From contig JBBDZU010000007.1 in NCBI GenBank assembly GCA_040900055.1, positions 104,435 to 168,434 on the forward strand: a DNA stretch of 64,000 nucleotides. The letters run 5' to 3'. Origin of the DNA: Candidatus Saccharimonadales bacterium (GTDB taxonomy: Bacteria > Patescibacteriota > Saccharimonadia > Saccharimonadales > UBA10212). A program made the position numbers and the translations under genes. This document shows, in pieces, positions 29,275 through 37,299 of this stretch; the first letter of the stretch is position 1, and every line of letters starts with the position of its first letter. The notes beneath the pieces were generated by a model. That model searched no databases, was not told the origin of the DNA, and saw nothing but the letters and a program-made list of their open reading frames with translations.

Positions 29275-29958
29275 ATGCTCAAACTCATTATCTTCGATTG
29301 GGATGATGTCTTTACTAGAGGTTCGAGTCGCGGTTATTACAAGTGCTATCACGAGGCATTAGTAAAAGTAGGGGCCGAGCTGAAGCGTGAGGAGGAATTT
29401 AGCCGATTAATCGAATATTGGGGAGCCTCGCACGATGTAATCTTAGCCCAACTTTTGCGTGAACGACCCGAATTAATTAAAAAAGCCAGCGAAATTTATG
29501 AAAAATTACTTTTTAGCCATAAGTTTTTAGGAAGCTTAAGCTTAGTACCGGGCAGCAATAAGCTGTTAACCAGACTGTCTAGTGACTATAAGCTAGCAAT
29601 TATAAGCGGCGCTCATCCTAAACTTCTAAAAGAAAAAGTTATGCCGCTATTTAAGGTGCCGAATGTTTTCTCGCACATTATTACGGCTTATGACATTAAA
29701 AGTCCGACTAGAGTCAAGCCTCATCCTTATGCCGTAAGAGCTATTATGAAAGCAGAAAAAGCCAAGCCTAAGGAGACCATAATGATAGGCGATGCCAAAA
29801 ACGACGTTTTGATGGCTCAAAATGCCAAAATCGAACCAGTGGTAGTTTTAACTGGTCACTTAAGCCCTAAAAATGCTGAAGAGCTAGGAGTTAAATACAT
29901 AATTAATAATGTCACTAAGCTGCCTGCAGTACTTGATCAGATTGCCGCTACAGCCTAA
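29275..29958 (+). CDS. HAD-IA family hydrolase (Gph-like)
   Basis: IIFDWDD, KPHP, MIGDAKND. Confidence 0.9.
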   Translation: MLKLIIFDWDDVFTRGSSRGYYKCYHEALVKVGAELKREEEFSRLIEYWGASHDVILAQLLRERPELIKKASEIYEKLLFSHKFLGSLSLVPGSNKLLTRLSSDYKLAIISGAHPKLLKEKVMPLFKVPNVFSHIITAYDIKSPTRVKPHPYAVRAIMKAEKAKPKETIMIGDAKNDVLMAQNAKIEPVVVLTGHLSPKNAEELGVKYIINNVTKLPAVLDQIAATA

Positions 29959-30620
29959 AGATAGACTTTTTGCAGTTTGCTTAAGTTAGGCACAATCAAG
30001 TGTTGCTTACTGTTAACTATTAGACTCTTTTCCCTTAGCTCAATCATAGAAGTAGAGACAGTCTCGCGTGTAACGCTTAAAATATTAGCTAGTTCCTGAT
30101 GGGTCAGTGGTATTTTAATTTTGGTGCCTTCTGGAGTATTTTCGCCAAATCGTTCGGCAAAGTACGCCAATTGATGAGCTAACCTTTTATATGAGCTGCG
30201 TAAAGTAACATTCTCTAGGCCTTGTAGTGTTGAATGCAGTCGTTTGCCAGTCTCATTGAGTAGGTCTCGATAAATTAACGGGTGAGTTTTAACCGCTTCC
30301 ACCAGCTTCTCAACTTCAATTGTAAAAACCTCTGAATCACACATAGCTTCGTAGTAGAAAACTTCTCCATCTCTAGTCATAGGTTGATTGAAAAAGTTTT
30401 TCAGGGCCAAAGTAACGGGGAATATATCCCCCGGTCCATAGACTACTTGGACTCCCAATGAGCCTTCCGGTGTAATTAAATACCGTCGAACATAGCCGGA
30501 ATGAACTAGGTTCATAATTGGTCTATCCTCAGTCGTCTGGACAATCTGTTTCTTCACTAATTTATATTTTCGACCAGATAACAGCAGATTAACTAGTGGT
30601 CCAACAAAACCAGAGTTCAT
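29955..30620 (-). CDS. Crp/Fnr family transcriptional regulator
   Basis: cNMP-type beta-barrel (GPGDIFP) and HTH LTHQELANILSVTRETVS. Confidence 0.92.
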   Translation of the reverse strand: MNSGFVGPLVNLLLSGRKYKLVKKQIVQTTEDRPIMNLVHSGYVRRYLITPEGSLGVQVVYGPGDIFPVTLALKNFFNQPMTRDGEVFYYEAMCDSEVFTIEVEKLVEAVKTHPLIYRDLLNETGKRLHSTLQGLENVTLRSSYKRLAHQLAYFAERFGENTPEGTKIKIPLTHQELANILSVTRETVSTSMIELREKSLIVNSKQHLIVPNLSKLQKVYL

Positions 30621-30718
30621 AGCTAAATTATATAATATTTTAACTATTTTACTGATGTAATGTTACGGAGAAGCATTAGCAATTTTACATCCTCTAAAAT
30701 TATGACATTATACTGGGG

Positions 30719-31675
30719 ATGAGCGAGATAAGACGCGAAAAAAAAGGTGATCGACTGGAGATAACCCCGGATATCGACGCTGCGTTGCAGTACCTAAGCG
30801 CTTTAAATGCCGACAGGCGCCGGGAATTATATAAGTTTGCTTATCCAAGCCGCAATATATGGAAAGAAATAGTTGCAGAACTAAAACTTAGGGGAGATCT
30901 TCAAGGTACCGAATCGATTTTAGATATTGGAACAGGTACAGGAGTATTTATTGAAGAGCTTCTGGCCAGTAATCATAGAGGGGCGATAATTGGAGCCGAT
31001 CTCTACATTCACCAGTTTCAGCCAGCGCATCAAAAGCTAAAGGAAAGAGCAGAGAGGGGTGAGCTTAGCAGAGGAGTAGGTTTTATTCGAACTGACGCAC
31101 AAAACATGATTGAAATACCTGACAACCATTATGATGTCGCCAGCTCTTTGTTTTTAATTTATCACTTGTCCTACCCGGCTCAACATATCCTTGAGATTTC
31201 CCGCGTAGTGAAGCCAGGCGGGCTATTTGTGGTCTCTACCAGAGACCCCGATAACTTGTTCAATCTATGGCATTACGCAGGGGAGGCCGCAGGTGCCATT
31301 GGAGCCAAGCAGCACGAGCCTTTTTATAGGCAGTGCGATATCGAAACAACAAAAAATCTACTTTATCCCTTTGAAGATATATATTCAGATACTCAAGACT
31401 CCGAGCTTCTAGTGCCTTTAGATATTAACCCAGGAGATCGCAGAGGTTTGAGCATGTACCGAGATGCTTTTCTTAGTCTTAGTGATAGTTTGATTGACTC
31501 TACAACAGGACAACCGATAGACGAGAATAAAATTAGAGATGTAGAGGCTTACTTTGAAAATCAAATTGCCCCAGAGCTTGAAGCCTTTAGCGTTATAAAT
31601 CTCGACCCTTATGGTAGGCCGAGCATACAGGATCGGGTTCACCAGGCATACTTTATATGCAGAAACATTAAATAA
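30719..31675 (+). CDS. Class I SAM-dependent methyltransferase
   Basis: ILDIGTGTG, GAD, DAQ, RVVKPGG. Confidence 0.88.
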   Translation: MSEIRREKKGDRLEITPDIDAALQYLSALNADRRRELYKFAYPSRNIWKEIVAELKLRGDLQGTESILDIGTGTGVFIEELLASNHRGAIIGADLYIHQFQPAHQKLKERAERGELSRGVGFIRTDAQNMIEIPDNHYDVASSLFLIYHLSYPAQHILEISRVVKPGGLFVVSTRDPDNLFNLWHYAGEAAGAIGAKQHEPFYRQCDIETTKNLLYPFEDIYSDTQDSELLVPLDINPGDRRGLSMYRDAFLSLSDSLIDSTTGQPIDENKIRDVEAYFENQIAPELEAFSVINLDPYGRPSIQDRVHQAYFICRNIK

Positions 31676-31837
31676 AAGAACAGCGGCCCTTTTCTACCTG
31701 AGCTTATCTTATACTGGGCTCAAATGTATGCCGCAGTGTCAGGCAAAGGACCGCCACATTTATCAACCCGACCTCCAGTTTAAGTCGCCTCTAACTTAAG
31801 CTGGAGCGGTTCGATACAAATTGTCGAAAGTGCTGGC
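31676..31837 (-). ncRNA. Highly structured intergenic element downstream of the small ORF
   Basis: Minus-strand stems CTCCAG/CTGGAG + TTAAGTT/GACTTAA; GCGGTCCTTT/AAAGGGCCGC, GCCTGA/TCAGGT, ACTG/CAGT; then a U-rich tail. Confidence 0.5.
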
Positions 31838-32032
31838 CTATACTAACTGGTGTTTGATCTTGCGCCAGCGGCGTACTTGGAGTTGTCTGGATTTTTGCCT
31901 CCAGCTGTGCTCCGTTTCGTCCTCCAGGTCGTCTATCGTTAGATCCGATAGTTTAGTCGGTCGTGTTAGGATGTACTTGGTACTTCCTATGTCCCGAGTA
32001 ATAGAACCTGCGAACGCGCGATAGCTCCCCAT
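31838..32032 (-). CDS. 64-aa hypothetical protein (acidic middle, Trp/Arg-rich C-terminus)
   Basis: Strong SD AAAAGGAGGAG 5 nt before ATG; fills an otherwise empty intergenic region. Confidence 0.8.
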   Translation of the reverse strand: MGSYRAFAGSITRDIGSTKYILTRPTKLSDLTIDDLEDETEHSWRQKSRQLQVRRWRKIKHQLV

Positions 32033-32085
32033 GCTAACTCCTCCTTTTAAGTTATTAGCAAGGACATAATAGCCCGCCCTGGATC

Positions 32086-32115
32086 ACTGGGCTGTCAGGC
32101 ATTTATCACCGACCT
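32086..32115. repeat. 30-nt motif repeated in interrupted form at 31713-31774
   Basis: Blocks ACTGGGCT, TGTCAGGCA, CATTTATCA, CCGACCT occur in the same order at both sites. Confidence 0.75.
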
Positions 32116-32229
32116 TGTATGCTATCTAACATTTCCCCAAAATTAAGCTCCGCATATCCTCAATCACGTATAATAACTACCGACTTGTATTCACAGGTGT
32201 AATTCTGACAACTTATACACAGCGACTTT

Positions 32230-32895
32230 ATGCAAATCTTAGAATCTCAAACTGCCACAGTAAATAAGACTGCGGATTTCGTCGCTAAGACGTTAGCCGA
32301 ACGCTTAAGGTGTGGGCAAAGTGTGCTGTGGTTGGTCCCTGGAGGCTCAGCAGCGACTGTAGCAGTTAGGGTGAGTCAGAAGCTAAAGACTGTACCGCAA
32401 GCAAAGCTAACAGTATCTTTAACAGACGAACGCTTTGGTCGTCCCGCCCATACCGACTCAAATTGGGAACAGCTGGGGGAAGCCGGTTTCCGCCTAAATG
32501 GGGCTGCTTTGCAGCCTGTATTGCAGGGCAAATCTCTGGCACAAACTGTTTTAGATTTTGAAAGAACGCTGGAAAAAGAACTGCGCCAGGCCGATTATAA
32601 AATTGGATTATTTGGTATTGGTGAAGATGGTCATACAGCGGGAATTCTACTGAAATCTGTTGCTCTAAAGACTAAGATGCTAGTAGCTAGCTTCCAAGGC
32701 CCGGATTTTGCGAGGATAACTATTACACCACAGGCTATCGCTAGCTTGGACTTAGCTATTGTTTATGCGCTAGGGAAGGCGAAATACCAGGCTATTAGGA
32801 GTCTAAAAGAAAACCAAAGCCTGGCAAAGCAGCCTGCTCAAGCCTTAAAACAGGCTAAGCGGTTAGTAATTTTTACTGATCAGTCTATTAACTAG
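32230..32895 (+). CDS. 6-phosphogluconolactonase-like (NagB/Pgl fold)
   Basis: PGGS, TDERF, SNW, GIGEDGHTA, RITIT. Confidence 0.8.
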   Translation: MQILESQTATVNKTADFVAKTLAERLRCGQSVLWLVPGGSAATVAVRVSQKLKTVPQAKLTVSLTDERFGRPAHTDSNWEQLGEAGFRLNGAALQPVLQGKSLAQTVLDFERTLEKELRQADYKIGLFGIGEDGHTAGILLKSVALKTKMLVASFQGPDFARITITPQAIASLDLAIVYALGKAKYQAIRSLKENQSLAKQPAQALKQAKRLVIFTDQSIN

Positions 32896-33692
32896 CGAAC
32901 TGGCAGTAGCCGATAAATACTAGAAGGGTAATCGGAGAAAGCTGGTAGACCAAAAAACTGCTCTAATGTTTGGCCGCTATCCTTAATCTGAGTAGCTAAT
33001 TCTTTACCGACATACCGTAAATGCCAGGGTTCGAAATCATATCCGGTTAGAGACTGCTTATCTTTTTCATATCGAACAAAATAACCAAATCTGTGAGCAT
33101 TTTGGGTAATCCATGCACCCTCTTCCAGATCAGCAAAACATTTTAGGAGCTCGCATCTACGGCTCACAGCTCCAACGTCGGCCGCAAGACCCGTTTGATG
33201 CTCGCTATGGCCAGCACGAGCGCTGGTGGCGTCTGAATAGGCTTGTCCGTAAGCCTTAACGTAGTTGGTGTAGACAACCTGTTGAGTAGCATAGCTCCGA
33301 TAACCACTGACTAACATCAATTTGATGCCTGCGCTTGATGCGTCGGCAAATAGATTTTCCAATTTAGAGGCGGCGTCGCTTCTCAAAAGCATATTATCGG
33401 AGCTTCTCGAGTCCCTTAAGCTAACCGCTGGTACCCCTAAATTGCCTGGCCTGTAATCTTTTGGTAATTGACGGCCTTTATTGACAATTACCCAAAGGCT
33501 AGTAGCCTCATTAAGCGAATGCTGGGATTTATTAAATTGATTGATTTTCTTGCCAGACTCCTTAGGCGAAGATATAGGCCGATCTATCTTGGAGTCAGAT
33601 AGTTTCTCATAGCCCAAGCCAAGGCTGGTTAACAAGGCTATGACTAAGATGATAATAAAAATGGCTAGATTTTTGTTGATACGCCTTGGCAT
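32892..33692 (-). CDS. M15B (VanY-like) D-Ala-D-Ala carboxypeptidase
   Basis: SGYRS, SEHQTGLAAD, EPWHLRYVG; N-terminal TM anchor. Confidence 0.92.
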   Translation of the reverse strand: MPRRINKNLAIFIIILVIALLTSLGLGYEKLSDSKIDRPISSPKESGKKINQFNKSQHSLNEATSLWVIVNKGRQLPKDYRPGNLGVPAVSLRDSRSSDNMLLRSDAASKLENLFADASSAGIKLMLVSGYRSYATQQVVYTNYVKAYGQAYSDATSARAGHSEHQTGLAADVGAVSRRCELLKCFADLEEGAWITQNAHRFGYFVRYEKDKQSLTGYDFEPWHLRYVGKELATQIKDSGQTLEQFFGLPAFSDYPSSIYRLLPVR

Positions 33693-33694
33693 GT

Positions 33695-35431
33695 CTAGTC
33701 TACTAAATAATCCTTGCAGTCTGGGTTAGGTTGATTCTTTAGCCGCTCGGTAATATCGCGGTAGTCGTAAATTATAAACTTATTGCCAGTTGAAAAGTGG
33801 CAATCTGGCAACATGCTTAAGTCGTAGCCAAGGTAACGGTTTAATACGAACCTAAAGACATTTACCGAAGAATCCATCTTCGCTACTTCATTCGGGGGCA
33901 AGCCTGGCATGTAGTAACTAGCTAAAATACCTTGTTTTTGTTTAAGTTCGGCTAAAGGCAAGTCAGCTATGTCGTAGTAATTATTAGAAGTAAGAGCGTG
34001 GCGAAATTGTTTGGGGTAGGCGCCTTCGTCTGGCTGGATAATAATTACAGCTTCGGGCGAGTTTGTGCGAATATGGCTTATTAACTCTGTAAATCTTTTG
34101 TTTAGGTAAGTAATTTCGTTAGTGTATTTTATCTTTTCATCAACTCCAATGTCGGTTCGGTTAGGGTCGTAGTTTGGCTTGGACCCATCGGCGTCAAAAA
34201 TATATGGATCGTGCGGGGCTAAGATATGGGCAAAAACAAATTTGGGCATATTTTGGTCAACCTTGGCACCTAAACTCTTTAGGGCCGACATTTGGCGTTC
34301 GAAATTTTCTGTAGGATTTCGGTCAAGGTCATATTTTAAAACAGCCGTATCTCCGACCGTTAGTCCCTTCTTTAGCCACGGTGATAGAATACTTTTGTTG
34401 ATAATGTCCCTCTCTAGGTCACTTAAGAAAATTCGCCAACCGAAAAGATTTAACCGAAAAGATATGGCGGGATCACGATCGGCTTTTATGCCTATGCGGG
34501 TGTAGTCTGACCACGAGCTAACTTGGATGTAGTTGTAACCGTTTTGTTTTAAGGCTTGCGCCACAGGCGGGTTTTTTAAAATGCTGCGGTAAGGAAAGGC
34601 TGCCTGCCAAGAGCCGGACTTAGCGAATTTTTCCTCCAGGTCAGGAAAATAGTTCATGGCTAGTGTTGACGATAGCGAAGACATAGTAAACGGATAATTT
34701 GCGTATGCGGACGGGCGATTAACGAAGCCTTGTGCTTGCAAAAAGTTTAAGAAGGCGGAGTTGTCGTACTTGTAAACTTCCTTTAAGGCCTCGGCGCTGG
34801 TATAACGGTCAATATTGAGATAATAGATGTCCGGCTTGGTTACCGTTGTCTGACTTGGCTGCGGTAGACTAATGGCAGGGTAGGAGTAGCTAAGTTGATC
34901 AGCGATTGTCACCAGGCGAATGCCCCCTCTTGCAAGCTGCAAGCCAAAAATAAACACCGTTGTGAACAAAATAACCTTCAGCGGCTGCAAAGACTGCAGC
35001 CAGCTTAATCTGACGGTCAATCGAGCTAGCACAAATCCCAGCAAGCCAGCGGCCAGGGCCGCAGTAACCCCCAACACCAGGCTGTCCGTGAAATTCGTTG
35101 ATAAGCCGCTGGGAATAAGCTCTTTTATAAATTGACTCAAGCTCCAGCCGGCTAAGTGGGCGTAATTATAAAATCCAAAGCTAAGCGTTAGCGTTGCCAC
35201 GTGAGTAGCTAGACCCGGTCCAAAAATTACACGATAACCATAAAATACTGCACTAACTAATACGCTAAATAAAAGAACCGGTATAGCAATCTCGGTAGGG
35301 TATTGAAAGTCGGAGTTTTGAATCCACCGGACTAAAAGTAGCGTAGCTATAAATAATACTGCTGGTAGCGGTGAATCAGCCAGCCGATAAATTATTTTTT
35401 TGATTTTATTGGATAGATAAAATAGAGGCAT
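33695..35431 (-). CDS. Membrane-anchored alkaline phosphatase/sulfatase-superfamily protein (LtaS/EptA-like architecture)
   Basis: About 5 N-terminal TM helices, then PDIYYLNIDRY, YPFTMSS (candidate Thr nucleophile), HILAPHDPY, IIQPDEG. Confidence 0.75.
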   Translation of the reverse strand: MPLFYLSNKIKKIIYRLADSPLPAVLFIATLLLVRWIQNSDFQYPTEIAIPVLLFSVLVSAVFYGYRVIFGPGLATHVATLTLSFGFYNYAHLAGWSLSQFIKELIPSGLSTNFTDSLVLGVTAALAAGLLGFVLARLTVRLSWLQSLQPLKVILFTTVFIFGLQLARGGIRLVTIADQLSYSYPAISLPQPSQTTVTKPDIYYLNIDRYTSAEALKEVYKYDNSAFLNFLQAQGFVNRPSAYANYPFTMSSLSSTLAMNYFPDLEEKFAKSGSWQAAFPYRSILKNPPVAQALKQNGYNYIQVSSWSDYTRIGIKADRDPAISFRLNLFGWRIFLSDLERDIINKSILSPWLKKGLTVGDTAVLKYDLDRNPTENFERQMSALKSLGAKVDQNMPKFVFAHILAPHDPYIFDADGSKPNYDPNRTDIGVDEKIKYTNEITYLNKRFTELISHIRTNSPEAVIIIQPDEGAYPKQFRHALTSNNYYDIADLPLAELKQKQGILASYYMPGLPPNEVAKMDSSVNVFRFVLNRYLGYDLSMLPDCHFSTGNKFIIYDYRDITERLKNQPNPDCKDYLVD

Positions 35432-35488
35432 CTGACTGCCCTTAAGTATATAACGTCCGGGCCTAGGGTGAACTCTATCTTAAAGTAG

Positions 35489-35659
35489 CTACTTCTTCTT
35501 TGGTGTCGACTTTGTAAAAAGCGAGCGAGCCTTTTGGGTAATGCCCCCGAATAAGTTTCGCCCAAATACGGCTATTCCAACGACTAGGCCAATAAGCGAC
35601 TGTATAACTAAGCTGCCTGTACCCGGGTCGATGTAGCTATAATATGAACCTAAATCCAA
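35489..35659 (-). CDS. 56-aa YIDPGTGS-motif small membrane protein (not in ORF track)
   Basis: TTG start with GGGAG RBS; MDLGSYYSYIDPGTGSLVIQSLIGLVVGIAVFGRNLFGGITQKARSLFTKSTPKKK*. Confidence 0.8.
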   Translation of the reverse strand: MDLGSYYSYIDPGTGSLVIQSLIGLVVGIAVFGRNLFGGITQKARSLFTKSTPKKK

Positions 35660-35741
35660 AATGATTCTCCCTTATAAGTCGAGGATTTGTGAGGAAATTC
35701 AACAGCCAGTGTAGCATGAATCCTAATCTGTTGAAAGACAG

Positions 35742-36671
35742 CTAGTCTATGTTCTTAAATCGGTCGGCTGCTGTTTGCTTCCCTTGGCGGTGCCTTAAAC
35801 TAATTTCTGTAGCCGGCTTTTTAAAAAAGCTAACCACGAAAGGTGCCGCCAAATAAGCAGCTAATGCGTAAAGGACGCCAAGCGCTACATCAAAAACATA
35901 GTGCTCACCCTGATAGACCATGCCAATAAATAGTATCGCCGGATAAGTTACTGCTACCAGGCCAAGTTTTCGCCCGTAAAATTTATAAACGAACAAAAAG
36001 ACTAAAAAAGCCCAAGCAGCATGCAGTGAAGGTACAGCCGCTACGGGGTTGGGCGAAATGTGGTTATAGATCGACGGAAAGTCTTCTAACCCAAAGGCCC
36101 ACCAAACGTCAGATGAAATGCGAGTTATTGGTTCTATATGCCCGGTTTGGGCCGCCAGCCAAGGCGGTGCCGCAGGGAAGAATAAGAAGGTAAAGAAAGC
36201 GGTAAACGTCACCAAAACAAAGGCGGCGATGTAGCGAAAGTAATAGGCCTCTTTAGTCTTCCATATCAAAATAGCCAAACCAATGGGTAAAACAAAATGC
36301 AAAAGATACGGAAAATAAAAGACAAAATCATACCACCTCACTTGGCCGTCCCATAATAGGTTCTGTAATGAGGCTGTAGGCAAGCTGCCAAACAGCCAAT
36401 TGTCAAAAGCCGGAGGTAAAGAATAGTTAACGTAGGTATTTAGTTGGTCAACAGCGCCCCTGAAAGAATCATAGACCAGCAATATAATTACAAAGGGTAA
36501 CAATCGTTTTAGCATAAACAACGCTTGGCGAAAAATCATAAAGAAAAAGAAAAGATAAATAATAATTTTATCAGGAGTTGGGAAACTAGGTTTACGAACA
36601 AATACAATTGTCAGCGAGGCAGTAAACAGTAAACCGATCAATTGCCCTACTGAAATCTTTGGTTTTTTCAT
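35742..36671 (-). CDS. PAP2-superfamily membrane protein (inositol-phosphorylceramide synthase / AUR1-like)
   Basis: YLLHF, FPAAPPW, AAVPSLHAAW, GEHYVFDV; start reset to MKKPK at 36671. Confidence 0.82.
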   Translation of the reverse strand: MKKPKISVGQLIGLLFTASLTIVFVRKPSFPTPDKIIIYLFFFFMIFRQALFMLKRLLPFVIILLVYDSFRGAVDQLNTYVNYSLPPAFDNWLFGSLPTASLQNLLWDGQVRWYDFVFYFPYLLHFVLPIGLAILIWKTKEAYYFRYIAAFVLVTFTAFFTFLFFPAAPPWLAAQTGHIEPITRISSDVWWAFGLEDFPSIYNHISPNPVAAVPSLHAAWAFLVFLFVYKFYGRKLGLVAVTYPAILFIGMVYQGEHYVFDVALGVLYALAAYLAAPFVVSFFKKPATEISLRHRQGKQTAADRFKNID

Positions 36672-36753
36672 TCGATCCAATTGTAACAAAGACTGCCATT
36701 GCAAACCTTGAAGCATGAGGGGTATGATGAATTTAATAATTGGGGATTTTATT

Positions 36754-37293
36754 ATGGCGCTAAGTAAACATCTGACCGACACCAGTCTGTACACCTGGGC
36801 GATGTTGCGAATAGGTTTAGGAGCTATATTTTTGTGGGCTTTCTTAGACAAATTATTTGGACTGGGCTTCGCTACATGTCGTGATGCAGTGACAGACGTA
36901 GTCAGCGTCGGCTGTTCAGCGGCATGGCTTTATGGCGGCTCGCCTACCGAAGGATTCTTACAATTCGCTACCAAGGGGCCCTTTGCTGACTTCTACCAGA
37001 GTTTAGCCGGGCTCGCGTGGGTAGATTGGCTGTTTATGCTCGGATTAGCTGGCATCGGCACCGGACTCCTGTTAGGGATAGCTGTTAGACTAGTCGCCGT
37101 GGCTGGGATCATGTTAATGCTTCTGATGTGGAGCTCGCTGCTGTGGCCTAGTAATAATCCAGTCATTGATGAGCATGTCATCTATGCGTTAGTTTTGGCG
37201 GGCATATTCGTGACTGCTCAACATCAGAAATGGAGCTTGCGTAGACACTGGCTGAAGCTTGATATCGTTCAACGCCTCCGATTTTTACAATAA
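36754..37293 (+). CDS. DoxX/DoxD-like membrane protein
   Basis: LRIGLGAIFLWAFLDK, GSPTEGFL, NNPVIDEH. Confidence 0.82.
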   Translation: MALSKHLTDTSLYTWAMLRIGLGAIFLWAFLDKLFGLGFATCRDAVTDVVSVGCSAAWLYGGSPTEGFLQFATKGPFADFYQSLAGLAWVDWLFMLGLAGIGTGLLLGIAVRLVAVAGIMLMLLMWSSLLWPSNNPVIDEHVIYALVLAGIFVTAQHQKWSLRRHWLKLDIVQRLRFLQ

Positions 37294-37299
37294 AGCTAG

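Noticed and set aside
31713-32115. IS110 bridge-RNA or DGR template/variable repeat as explanation for the interrupted repeat
   Set aside because: No recombinase, transposase or reverse transcriptase in the window; the differences are indels, not adenine-specific substitutions.
31676-32130. Possible tmRNA, RNase P RNA, glmS ribozyme, group I intron or type I toxin
   Set aside because: No tRNA-like CCA end, no GAGGAAAGTCC, no glmS or intron core motifs; the peptide is not hydrophobic.
36672-36851. Overlapping extended starts of the divergent PAP2 and DoxX ORFs
   Set aside because: Artefact of longest-ORF calling; starts at 36671 (-) and 36754 (+) remove the overlap.
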